Shown here one piece after another: positions 1 to 8,618 of a stretch of DNA of 45,038 nucleotides; the stretch's first letter is position 1; each line of letters begins with the position of its first letter. The position numbers and the translations under genes were made by a program. The stretch lies in contig CAZPSP010000002.1 in the NCBI GenBank assembly GCA_964589285.1, forward strand, positions 1 through 45,038, in the 5' to 3' direction. The notes beneath the pieces are model-generated. The model was not told the origin of the DNA. It ran no database searches and saw only the letters and a list, made by a program, of their open reading frames with translations. The DNA is from an uncultured Dehalococcoidaceae bacterium. GTDB lineage: Bacteria > Chloroflexota > Dehalococcoidia > Dehalococcoidales > RBG-16-60-22.

Positions 1-1784
1 GCGCTCAGCAAACCGAGATTACTCCGGATATCGATGTCCCGGCCGCTCCAGAAGGTGGCGAACGGCGCCATGTCATGGGTATTCAAGGCCGCCACCATGT
101 CAGCGGGAATTTTCCCCAGGGATTTACCGCTGCTGTCTGCAAGTTCATAGGTAATGATGAACATTCTCCGCAGGCCGTGCCGGGACATGGACTTACGGAC
201 ATAACCAGGCACATTGCCCAGATCTTCCCCAATTATCTCGCACTGAGCTCGGTTTGATTCGATACAGAGTACAGCGTACAACTCTTCCGGCCGGTAACGG
301 ACGTAAATACCTTGCGAAGCCTCCAACCCCTCCGGTATCCAGAAAAGCCGGTGCAGACCCATGACATGGTCGATGCGCAGCATGCCGGCATCAGCCATGT
401 TGTGGCGGAGGTAGTCCCGGACATACCGGTAGCCGTCTTCACGGATGCGCTCGGGGTGTAGCGGTGGAAAACCCCAGTCCTGTCCATTGGTGAAAATGGC
501 ATCCGGCGGCGCCCCGGATGAAGACCCGAGAGCGAACAGTTCCTGGTTACGCCAGACATCGTAACCGTTCCGGTGGACGCCGAGAGGGAGGTCAAAGTAG
601 AGAGTTACACCGTTCTGTTTCGCGCTGGCGGCCAGCTCGTCGATCTGGTCGCTGGCCAGCCACTGGGTATAGAGATAATAGCGGTACGCCGTTTCATCAT
701 AATCACCAACACGGATATCCCCATTCCGCAGACGTTCCGGCCAGGATTGCCACACCTGCCGGCGTGAGTCCATGACGGCGCGGAACCGGGCATATTGTTC
801 AATGTCCGGATTGTTCCGGATGAAATCATCGAAGGCGGTTGACCGTACCGGGTCCTCCGTAACCCCTTGGGCCATCCTGAGCATAAGCCTTTTCTTTATC
901 TCCATACCACCGCGATAGTCAACCAGGCGATCCCTGCGCAGAGCCACCAGGGCGGATTGCATGTCAGCGTTTTCGTAGAGCTGACGTATCTTCGGATTGG
1001 AGACGAACTCCGGAGCTTTTCGAGGATCGATGTAGAATTCGTTCCAGGCGAGTCTGGTGACCGGAGAATAGGGGCTGGGGTCGAAAGGTTCGTCCAAAAA
1101 AACCGGCAGCAGCGGCAATGTTCCAACCACGCTCCCGCCCCATCCTGCCACGACACCACCGAGCGAGCGGAGGTCCGAAAAATCACCGCTGCCAAAACTA
1201 TGATTTGTCTCCAGGGCATAGAGCGGGAGGAAGACACCCCATTCGCGGACGTTTTCCGGTTGAGCATAGGTTCTCATAGGGGCCGCGAAGATAGTAGCTT
1301 CGAGGCTGCGTCGCTCCAGTTCCAGTATAAAACGGTGGTAACCGAACGGAAGCGCATGAGGCAGAAAATACCGTAAGGTGAGGTAAGTTTCCCCGTCAAT
1401 TTCCGCCCGGCGCAGTACCGGTAACTCTGATAAGCGTACATCCAGGGTCCTTGTCTCACCGGACTCGGTGATGAGCGTCGCCCGGCATGTTCCACGCGTT
1501 GCTCTTTCCGGTACGGTTAACATTATTTCGGGAAGTCGTTCGTCCCAGGCAACTACCACCGGTTCCATGCCGCGTGCCGCCGGTTCACGTTCTTTTCGCC
1601 GCAGGGCTTCGCTCAAGCTCGCCGCGGAAGAACCGATGTTCTCTCCCAGCGCGACGAGCGCGGCGCGGAGGCTTTCTTCCGGGGCGTAGTTGAAACTTTT
1701 CCCCGCGCCGTCATAGGCGATCAGGACGCCATATAATTTCGCCAGTTGACGCAGTTTCCGGGTTTCTTCTCTGGGTGTTTTCAT
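1..1784 (-). CDS. malQ: 4-alpha-glucanotransferase (amylomaltase, GH77), C-terminus cut by window edge
   Basis: Absent from the ORF track because it has no stop inside the window. The reverse frame opens at ATG 1784..1782 (MKTPREETRKLRQLAKLYGVLIAYDGAGKSFNYAP...). It was hand-translated at both ends and around 361-480 without meeting a stop, and the track's omission fits an ORF that is open to base 1. Hand translation of 361-480 gives DWGFPPLHPERIREDGYRYVRDYLRHNMADAGMLRIDHVMGLHRLFWIPEG, typical of the GH77 catalytic region. Confidence 0.85.
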   Translation of the reverse strand, partial: MKTPREETRKLRQLAKLYGVLIAYDGAGKSFNYAPEESLRAALVALGENIGSSAASLSEALRRKEREPAARGMEPVVVAWDERLPEIMLTVPERATRGTCRATLITESGETRTLDVRLSELPVLRRAEIDGETYLTLRYFLPHALPFGYHRFILELERRSLEATIFAAPMRTYAQPENVREWGVFLPLYALETNHSFGSGDFSDLRSLGGVVAGWGGSVVGTLPLLPVFLDEPFDPSPYSPVTRLAWNEFYIDPRKAPEFVSNPKIRQLYENADMQSALVALRRDRLVDYRGGMEIKKRLMLRMAQGVTEDPVRSTAFDDFIRNNPDIEQYARFRAVMDSRRQVWQSWPERLRNGDIRVGDYDETAYRYYLYTQWLASDQIDELAASAKQNGVTLYFDLPLGVHRNGYDVWRNQELFALGSSSGAPPDAIFTNGQDWGFPPLHPERIREDGYRYVRDYLRHNMADAGMLRIDHVMGLHRLFWIPEGLEASQGIYVRYRPEELYAVLCIESNRAQCEIIGEDLGNVPGYVRKSMSRHGLRRMFIITYELADSSGKSLGKIPADMVAALNTHDMAPFATFWSGRDIDIRSNLGLLS

Positions 1785-2039
1785 ATTACTATTATTGTAA
1801 TATCTATCAGAGCGTGCGTCCATGTCCCCTCTAACGAGACATGAAGAACTGCGCATGTATCACCTGAGCTACGCCGGGTCAATAGACCGTTCCATTAAGC
1901 ACAGAACCGCACCCGTTTTGTCCCTTATAAGCCGTCTTTTTCACTACGTTAATGCTCGAATTCTTCCACCGCTTGTCTAGTAAATCAGTGGCGGCTGGTC
2001 TATAATCAATTCGAAGCATACGGAACGGAGAGACCGCCG

Positions 2040-3116
2040 ATGGAATTGACGCCGGAAGAACGCCAGAAGATCTACGAGGAAGAGAAGGCCCGCATCGAGG
2101 CCAGAGAACGGCTGGAGCGGGAACGTCAGGCGCCGGGTAAGGAATCCACGGTAGACCTTCAACCAAATGTCGCCGGTCTTCTTTGTTACGTGGGCTGGTG
2201 GATCAGCGGGCTCATATTCTTCATCATCGAGCAGAAGAACGAATGGATACGGTTCCACGCCGCTCAGGCCATTATCACCTTCGGGTCAATCGTGGTCGTT
2301 GGTAGTGTGATCAACCTTATCCCCTGGGTCGGACCACCACTGGCCGGTATTACGTGGTTCATCGGATTCGTGCTCTGGATAGTGCTGATGATCAAGGCGT
2401 ACAACGGCGAGAGGTTCAAGCTGGGCATCTTCGGGGACTTCGCCGAGAAATTGGTTGCGTCCTCCGGGACGCCTTCTTCTCCCACTTCCGATACCGAAAA
2501 ACCCGCAGGCCGCACCGACGAGGGTGTCCCCACTGCTCCCGCTTCCGTTGTTATCGAGGAACCGTACACGGTCGACAGCCCGGAGCACATCGAACAGCAC
2601 ATCGACCGTAAAGTGAAGGAATACTTCCGGAAAAAGCAGTCAGGCTATATCATCGGTTCAGCATTCGCCATCGCCTGGAGCATCATCCTGCTGGTGTTTC
2701 TGAACTTCTTCAATGAGTATTTTGCTTACTATAATCTGGAAACAATCAACGGGCGCGAGGTTTGGGTTCATAACAGTTTCTTCACCAGTGAGATAGGCCA
2801 GTGGCTCCCGATACTAACAACGACGCTGGTGCTGGCCATCGTCGGTCATATCATCATCATCGTACTCTACCGGCCGCTGTTGAGGAAGATCATCACCTTT
2901 GTGCTTGATATCTTCGGTCTGGCAACGGTGATCAGCCTGCTGGTCATTTATCCGTTCAACTTCGATGTCATCCCGAACGATGCAGCAGCCTCGATCATGG
3001 CCATCGCCGTCACGGTGGTCCTGATCGGCATATCAATCGGTATTGCCATCAGTCTCATCGTACGATTGATACAAGGGTTCATCGCCCTGACGAAGGGAAC
3101 GATCAACCAGGACTGA
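2040..3116 (+). CDS. membrane protein with N-terminal charged coiled coil, a DUF4870-like domain and a C-terminal multi-TM region
   Basis: 358-aa ORF with GGAGAG upstream of the ATG. It has EERQKIYEEEKARIEARERLERERQ, then LLCYVGWWISGLIFFIIEQKNEWIRFHAAQAI (DUF4870-like), an S/P/T-rich linker and further hydrophobic helices. It ends in TGA, so TGA works as a normal stop here. Confidence 0.7.
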   Translation: MELTPEERQKIYEEEKARIEARERLERERQAPGKESTVDLQPNVAGLLCYVGWWISGLIFFIIEQKNEWIRFHAAQAIITFGSIVVVGSVINLIPWVGPPLAGITWFIGFVLWIVLMIKAYNGERFKLGIFGDFAEKLVASSGTPSSPTSDTEKPAGRTDEGVPTAPASVVIEEPYTVDSPEHIEQHIDRKVKEYFRKKQSGYIIGSAFAIAWSIILLVFLNFFNEYFAYYNLETINGREVWVHNSFFTSEIGQWLPILTTTLVLAIVGHIIIIVLYRPLLRKIITFVLDIFGLATVISLLVIYPFNFDVIPNDAAASIMAIAVTVVLIGISIGIAISLIVRLIQGFIALTKGTINQD

Positions 3117-3123
3117 TGACCCT

Positions 3124-3903
3124 TTAGTCCGGCACCGGGCAGAGGGCGGCGGCGTTCTCCCCGGCAGCTTCGAGGACGCGAACAACGTCGGGCTGCGTCC
3201 AGCCGGCGGAAGTCAATTCCCGCACCAGGTTTTCGGCGGTAATATACCCCCCGGCGTAGCCGTTCAGCCGCGCAACCGCCGTTGAGGCAATGAAGTCCGC
3301 ATAGTTCGGGTACCGGGCGAGAAGTATGCTCCTGATATCCGGCTGTGTTGTCAGATAGTACTTCTGATGATAGTCTTCCGCCTGGTAAAAGGTACCGGCT
3401 TGGACCACCTGTGTCTTGACCCCTTTGCCGAGTCCGGCGGCAATAGCGTCTCGCGTTTCCTCGGCTGCGGCTTTCTGGGCTTCGTCATGATGGAAAACAA
3501 AAGCCTGGTACTGCCGGCTGGAGGAACGATACGTGGGACTATGGGACGCCCAGAAAACATCGAGCAGATCCTGGTAGGAGATGACCTCGGGATCGAAGGT
3601 TATCTCGATGGACTCGCTGTGATCGCCGAGAGAGTAGTAGGTGGGATTGACTTTTGTCCCACCGGTATAGCCGACACGCGTGCTGATAACACCTGGTAAA
3701 CTCCCGAACCGGGAGTCGGGTCCCCAGAATCAGCCGAGAGCGAAGGTGGCAAGTTCTGTTTTGGTACCAATATCATAGTTCATATCCTGGTTCACCCCTC
3801 CCCGGGAAACGGTATTATCCGCCCTGCAGCCGTTGATCGAGAGCGGGATGAAGGCAACTCCCAACAGCACGGCCATGAGAACAACGGACCATTTCCATTT
3901 CAT
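3124..3903 (-). CDS. msrA: peptide-methionine (S)-S-oxide reductase MsrA, exported; in-frame TGA (3732..3730) at the catalytic Cys position, a candidate selenocysteine
   Basis: One reverse frame runs from ATG 3903 to TAA 3126..3124 and is broken only by TGA. Translation: MKWKWSVVLMAVLLGVAFIPLSINGCRADNTVSRGGVNQDMNYDIGTKTELATFALG[TGA]FWGPDSRFGSLPGVISTRVGYTGGTKVNPTYYSLGDHSESIEITFDPEVISYQDLLDVFWASHSP...VVQAGTFYQAEDYHQKYYL... The TGA falls exactly on the C of the MsrA G-C-F-W-G motif. No ATG/GTG/TTG lies between the TGA and 3408, so a post-TGA restart would lose most of the domain. Confidence 0.8.
3700..3716 (-). promoter_or_regulatory. putative bacterial SECIS hairpin downstream of the msrA UGA
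   Basis: On the mRNA strand: UGA-uucuggggacccg-ACUCCCG-GUU-CGGGAGU. This is a perfect 7-bp stem (or 6 bp with a GGUUC loop) starting 13 nt after the UGA, with G/U in the apical loop as in known bSECIS elements. Confidence 0.5.
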
Positions 3904-3992
3904 TTCTCAACCCTTCTCAGCCGGAGAATTCCGGCATGCCTGCCATGAATATTTTTTTAATTCAAAAGCGCACGGCTTCAGCAACCGGAGCT

Positions 3993-4181
3993 TCAGGTGG
4001 GGCGGAAGCCGGTCCCGGAACCGGATTTGCTGCCGCTGCGTGAGGAAAACATAGAAAGATCGCGCCTGGGTCCGGGCGCGTCACATACCGGACAATGCAG
4101 TGTATCATCGTCATCATTAATGCCGCGGAATTTATCAAACTTCTCTCCGCACTGCTTGCAGGTATAGGCATAAATCGGCAT
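3993..4181 (-). CDS. FmdB-family zinc-ribbon protein (CxxC...CxxC, Ser/Gly-rich tail)
   Basis: MPIYAYTCKQCGEKFDKFRGINDDDDTLHCPVCDAPGPRRDLSMFSSRSGSKSGSGTGFRPT. The start was moved to ATG 4181, which is preceded by AAGAGG. The longer track ORF (to 4229) has no SD. Confidence 0.75.
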   Translation of the reverse strand: MPIYAYTCKQCGEKFDKFRGINDDDDTLHCPVCDAPGPRRDLSMFSSRSGSKSGSGTGFRPT

Positions 4182-4357
4182 GGTCAGTACCTCTTTGATT
4201 TGTACTTTCAACCTCATTTTACGTTCCATGGAACATCATTTGATGTGATAAATGTCTCGTTGACGTTGACAGTATCGTAATGTACAGAGTATCCTTTTTA
4301 AAGAGCGGCTCCCGTTTGCTTCCGTCTCATGAATCATCTTCAGGAGGGTACATTATT

Positions 4358-5746
4358 ATGGCTAATAACCCATCAAATCAAACATTTCTCGAACCAGCAC
4401 AGAATGTTGACATCATCCGCGAATGTGATGTCGTCGTCGTCGGCGGCGGCCCTGGCGGTCATGCTGCGGCAGTAGCGGCAGCCCGCAACGGCGCCGATAC
4501 AGTCCTCGTCGAACGATACGGCATTCTCGGCGGACAGGCCACCGGCGGTGTCGTGACCATAATTCCCAACCTGACCGGCCGGGACGGCAAACAGGAGATC
4601 ATCGGCCAGACCCAGGAATGGATCGACCGCTTGGATAAGCGCGAAGCCACCGCCTATGCGCCGAAAGAACTCTGGGGCAACACCGATAAAGCGCTCGTCA
4701 AGGAATGGTTCGACCGTTCTTTTTTCAACGTCCGTATCGACCGTATCATTTACAGCGCACTCTTCGATGCTGAAATTCTGAAATGCGCCCTCAACGATAT
4801 GGTCGAGGAAGCCGGCGTCAAGGTTTATCTTCACGCCTGGGGCGCCAAGACCATCATGGACGGACGGCGCGCCCGCGGCGTCATTATTGAAAGCAAGTCC
4901 GGGCGCCAGGCCATCATGGCCAAAGTAGTCATTGACGGCACGGCAGACGGCGACCTTTTCCCGTCGGCGGGGATCACCTATGATACGGACATCGACCCCA
5001 CCATCCGCATCGCCAATCTTTCCCTCTGCTACTGGATCAGCAATGTCGATATCAAGAAGAACATGGAATTCCGCAACAATAACCCGGACAAGTTCGGGGA
5101 ACTGATGCGGGAATTAATGCAGAAAGGCGGCCATCCCGGCTACATGCGGAGCTGCCTGAAGAACCAGGACGACATCGTCTGGGTACACCCGCGCTATGCC
5201 AATAAGAGCCAGATCGACATCGAAGAACTGACCCGTGTCGAATTCGAAGGCCGCAAGAGAATGCTGCTCAGCCATGATTTCTTCAAGGCCTACATGCCGG
5301 GCTTCGAGAAGAGTTTTATCTCCCTCTCCGCTCCGCAGATCGGCACCCGCAGCAGCCGGCGCGCCCACACAGATTATATTCTGAGGGAAGAAGACGCCCA
5401 GGCCGACCGCGTGTTCAGCGATACGATTGCTGTTTTCCCGGACGTTGATCGCGGTGAAGACTCGATGAACCATCCTTCCCTGCACGTCCCCTACCGCTGC
5501 CTTATTCCGAAGGGCGTGGAAAACATGCTCGTCTCCTGCCGCGCGTTCGGGTCCGACCAGGTCATCCAGAACTTCTTCAATCTCATCCCGCACTGCATCG
5601 CCTTCGGTGATGCCGCCGGCGCCGCAGCAGCCCTCGCGGTGAAGGAGACCGACGGCAAGGTACGCGATATCAACATGGACGAACTCAAGAGCCGGCTTGT
5701 CAAGGCCAACGTGCTGCTGCCGGAAGAGAGCAAGATCAACGCCTGA
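4358..5746 (+). CDS. FAD-dependent oxidoreductase (FAD_oxidored/PF12831-like)
   Basis: Dinucleotide-binding motif VVVVGGGPGGHAAAVAAARNGADTVLVERYGILGGQATGG. The start was set at ATG 4358, 8 nt after AGGAGGG; the track start at 4280 lacks an SD. Confidence 0.8.
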   Translation: MANNPSNQTFLEPAQNVDIIRECDVVVVGGGPGGHAAAVAAARNGADTVLVERYGILGGQATGGVVTIIPNLTGRDGKQEIIGQTQEWIDRLDKREATAYAPKELWGNTDKALVKEWFDRSFFNVRIDRIIYSALFDAEILKCALNDMVEEAGVKVYLHAWGAKTIMDGRRARGVIIESKSGRQAIMAKVVIDGTADGDLFPSAGITYDTDIDPTIRIANLSLCYWISNVDIKKNMEFRNNNPDKFGELMRELMQKGGHPGYMRSCLKNQDDIVWVHPRYANKSQIDIEELTRVEFEGRKRMLLSHDFFKAYMPGFEKSFISLSAPQIGTRSSRRAHTDYILREEDAQADRVFSDTIAVFPDVDRGEDSMNHPSLHVPYRCLIPKGVENMLVSCRAFGSDQVIQNFFNLIPHCIAFGDAAGAAAALAVKETDGKVRDINMDELKSRLVKANVLLPEESKINA

Positions 5747-5826
5747 CTTTTCAAAAAGCTCCAGAACCGTTACTATAAGGGGGTAGCCGGTAAGGTTGCC
5801 CCCTTTACTTTTTTCGGAGGTCGCAC

Positions 5827-7224
5827 ATGAACAAGGGATACCAAAGGACTGTCCGCGAACCGGCCCGTGATATCCGTGTCTGGAAAGAAGCCGACGTCGT
5901 TGTTATCGGCGGAGGACCGGGTGGGGTAGGCGCGGCAGTGGCCGCCGCCCGCAGCGGAGCGAAGACGGTGCTCGTCGAGCGGTACGGTCATCTCGGCGGG
6001 ATGGCGACCGGCGGCCTCGTTAACATTCTCCCCAACCTCAGCGACATGGCCGGGAAACAGCGTATTTACGGGATCACCCAGGAACTTATCGATCGCCTGG
6101 ACAAACGCGGCGGGACCTCATATCCTCCCAAAGAAAGATGGGGATCGACGGACGAGGACATCGTCAGCTATTACCTCGATGCCAACCTCGGCTGGTTCTA
6201 CGTGCGGGAAGACGCCGGTATCAGGAAAAAGCGCGTGCACTACACAGCGGTAGTCGACCCGGAAATCTTCAAAGACGAACTGAACACCATCGTCCTGGAG
6301 TCCGGAGCGGACCTCCTGCTGCATAGCTGGGGAACACAGGTCATGATGGAAGGCAATGCCGTGACCGGTGTATTCTTCGAGAGCAAATCCGGGAGGCAAG
6401 CCGTACTCGGGAAAGTCATTATAGACGCCACGGGGGACGGAGACATCTTCGTCGCCGCCGGGGCCGAGTATGACAATAATTGCGATAATTCCCGCCGGAC
6501 CGCCTGGCTGGCGCTCGTCTGGTGGATGGCCAACGTAGACCTGGATCGGTACGACCGGTTCAAGAAAGAACAGCCGGAAGAATTCAAAGGGCTGATGCAG
6601 GAACTGGTCAAACTGGGCGGCTACCCGGTGTTCTTCAAGGGCGTCCTGAAGAACCAGGAAGGCGTGGTCTGGTACCACTGCATGCAGCCGCAGCAGGAAC
6701 GTACCGACGCCATGGACGTCGAGCAGTTGACGCGCATCGATGTCCGTGCCCGGCAGCGTGCCGTTATTACCTATGAGTTTATGAAAAAGCACGTTCCCGG
6801 CTTTGAGAAATGCTTCATCATGCAGACAGCACCGCAACTCGGCACCCAGGGCGGGCGCAGGATCGTCGGAGAATACACCATCAGTGAAAAGGACCTCACG
6901 ACGGACGAGGTGTTCCCGGACACTATTGCCGTTTTGGCGAACAACGATTCAGGGGAAATATCGGCGAAGCATCCCGCTCTGTGTATACCCTACCGGACGC
7001 TGGTACCGAAGAGTGTGGACGGCCTGCTGGTGGCAGGTCGGCACTTCTCCTGTTCCGATACCATTAACGAATTCTTCAATATTATTCCACACTGCCTTTG
7101 CTACGGCCAGGCGGCCGGCACTGCGGCGGCAATGGCAGCCAAAGACGGAATACAACCGCGGCAGGTCGATTATAAAGAATTACAACGGAACCTGGTCAAA
7201 CAGGGCGTTAACATACCCGAGTAA
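5827..7224 (+). CDS. FAD-dependent oxidoreductase, tandem paralog of 4358..5746
   Basis: VVVIGGGPGGVGAAVAAARSGAKTVLVERYGHLGGMATGG. Blocks shared with the upstream gene include TQE(W/L)IDRLDKR, ESKSGRQA, DGDLF/DGDIF and NLIPHCI/NIIPHCL. GGAGG lies upstream of the ATG. Confidence 0.85.
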   Translation: MNKGYQRTVREPARDIRVWKEADVVVIGGGPGGVGAAVAAARSGAKTVLVERYGHLGGMATGGLVNILPNLSDMAGKQRIYGITQELIDRLDKRGGTSYPPKERWGSTDEDIVSYYLDANLGWFYVREDAGIRKKRVHYTAVVDPEIFKDELNTIVLESGADLLLHSWGTQVMMEGNAVTGVFFESKSGRQAVLGKVIIDATGDGDIFVAAGAEYDNNCDNSRRTAWLALVWWMANVDLDRYDRFKKEQPEEFKGLMQELVKLGGYPVFFKGVLKNQEGVVWYHCMQPQQERTDAMDVEQLTRIDVRARQRAVITYEFMKKHVPGFEKCFIMQTAPQLGTQGGRRIVGEYTISEKDLTTDEVFPDTIAVLANNDSGEISAKHPALCIPYRTLVPKSVDGLLVAGRHFSCSDTINEFFNIIPHCLCYGQAAGTAAAMAAKDGIQPRQVDYKELQRNLVKQGVNIPE

Positions 7225-7273
7225 CCCATGAACCTGAATAGCCCAAGGTCAGCAACCCAGACAGGAATGAACC

Positions 7274-7942
7274 ATGAACCAAGCCAAGGCGCGTATCGTC
7301 GTTTTCTCTTCACAGTCCCTTTTTTGCACAGGAATCACGCTTTCACTGATTAAGTATGACACCATCCGGGTAATGATGGCCTGTCCGTTTTCGTCCCAAA
7401 CCCTCGACAAGCTGGTCGGTCTTCTTCCCGATATTATTATCGTAGACATAGACGATGATGTGAACAGGGCGATCTCGGTGATCGAGGCCATCCAGGCACG
7501 GATCACCGGCCCCGGCATTATCGTCATGTCCAGCAATGAGACCGATGTATCCAAGATCACTCAATTTCCCGATATCATTCATCATCCGAAAAGCATTACC
7601 GCGGACGATCTCTACGTGGCAATCATGACAATCGTGGATCCGGAACTTCCCATCGAACCGTTGGAGAAAAGCCGGCCGGTGATGATTATTTCCGAAAAAG
7701 AAGGCATGCTCATCACTACCAACGACCGGGATTACAACGGAGGCCCCTTGACCGCCCGGGAACGTGAAGTCCTGAGCTACGTGGCGCTGGGGTATCTGAA
7801 CAAGCAGATCGCAGATACGCTTGGCATCAGCACGGAGACCATTAAAAACCATATCACGTCCTCTTTAAGGAAGCTGCACGCCAACAGCCGGACGGACGCG
7901 GTGGTACAGGCCATTAAACAGGGGCTTATCACCATAAGTTGA
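7274..7942 (+). CDS. LuxR/NarL-family transcription regulator with a degenerate (pseudo-)receiver domain
   Basis: C-terminal HTH LTAREREVLSYVALGYLNKQIADTLGISTETIKNHITSSLRKLHANSRTDAV. The N-terminal receiver-like fold has SS (IVVFSSQSL) where the acidic DD pair normally sits. Confidence 0.8.
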   Translation: MNQAKARIVVFSSQSLFCTGITLSLIKYDTIRVMMACPFSSQTLDKLVGLLPDIIIVDIDDDVNRAISVIEAIQARITGPGIIVMSSNETDVSKITQFPDIIHHPKSITADDLYVAIMTIVDPELPIEPLEKSRPVMIISEKEGMLITTNDRDYNGGPLTAREREVLSYVALGYLNKQIADTLGISTETIKNHITSSLRKLHANSRTDAVVQAIKQGLITIS

Positions 7943-7951
7943 CGCTAAAAA

Positions 7952-7985
7952 AGCCCGGCGGGAGCGAGTCCCGCCGGGCTTTTTC
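7952..7985. terminator. bidirectional intrinsic terminator between convergent genes
   Basis: AAAAA-AGCCCGGCGGGA-gcgag-TCCCGCCGGGCT-TTTTC. A 12-bp perfect GC-rich stem is flanked by an A-run and a T-run. It sits between the LuxR stop (7942) and the iorB stop (8001). Confidence 0.8.
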
Positions 7986-8000
7986 TTACCTTACCTGCTT

Positions 8001-8615
8001 TTACGCTGCGGCCGCCAGGGCTTTCTTGACGAACTCGTAGCCGAGATCGAACGCCTTGAAGTTGATCGCCGCGACCTTTTGATTGAAACGCGAAGCGATG
8101 GCGTCCTTGGCGTGCTGCTGATCGATTGGCATCAGCCCCGAACCGAACAACGCCCCGAGCATGACCACGTTGGCCGCCTGAAGAGAACCAGCTTCTTTCG
8201 CCAGACCGCTGGCATCGAGTGTGATGATGCGGTTCGTAACTTCCTTAAGCTTGGTCACTATCTGGTCGGGAGTGGGATAGCCGCTCTTGCCCAGGTACAC
8301 CGTGAATGGCATGACCGTGGTGGTGTTGAGAACAACGACGCTGTTTTTAGCCAGGTACTGGATATTCCGCAGCGCTTCAGAAGGTTCCACGGCGACAAGG
8401 ACGTCGCACTTGCCTTCCGGGGTCATCGGAGCGATGACGTCGCCGCCGAGCCGCAGGTTGCTGAACACGGAACCGCCGCGCTGGGCCATGCCGAGGACCT
8501 CGGATCCTTTCACGGCGACACCGCCGTTAACCGCCGCGTTACCGAGCAGTTCCGAGACCAGGACGACACCTTGACCGCCGGTACCGCAGATGATTATGTT
8601 AATCTCTCTCGTCAT
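8001..8615 (-). CDS. iorB: indolepyruvate/2-oxoacid:ferredoxin oxidoreductase subunit beta (gamma-domain type)
   Basis: MTREINIIICGTGGQGVVLVSELLG... The ATG lies 3 nt after the iorA stop and is preceded by AGGAGAG. Confidence 0.8.
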   Translation of the reverse strand: MTREINIIICGTGGQGVVLVSELLGNAAVNGGVAVKGSEVLGMAQRGGSVFSNLRLGGDVIAPMTPEGKCDVLVAVEPSEALRNIQYLAKNSVVVLNTTTVMPFTVYLGKSGYPTPDQIVTKLKEVTNRIITLDASGLAKEAGSLQAANVVMLGALFGSGLMPIDQQHAKDAIASRFNQKVAAINFKAFDLGYEFVKKALAAAA

Positions 8616-8618
8616 CGT

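Noticed and set aside
3978-3995. The TGA stop of the FmdB-like gene is followed in frame by AGC TCC GGT TGC TGA (SSGC*), hinting at a second Sec read-through
   Set aside because: Only four extra codons would be added. No convincing hairpin follows within SECIS distance (only weak GGUU/AGCC pairing). The family is not known to contain Sec. It is most simply a normal stop.
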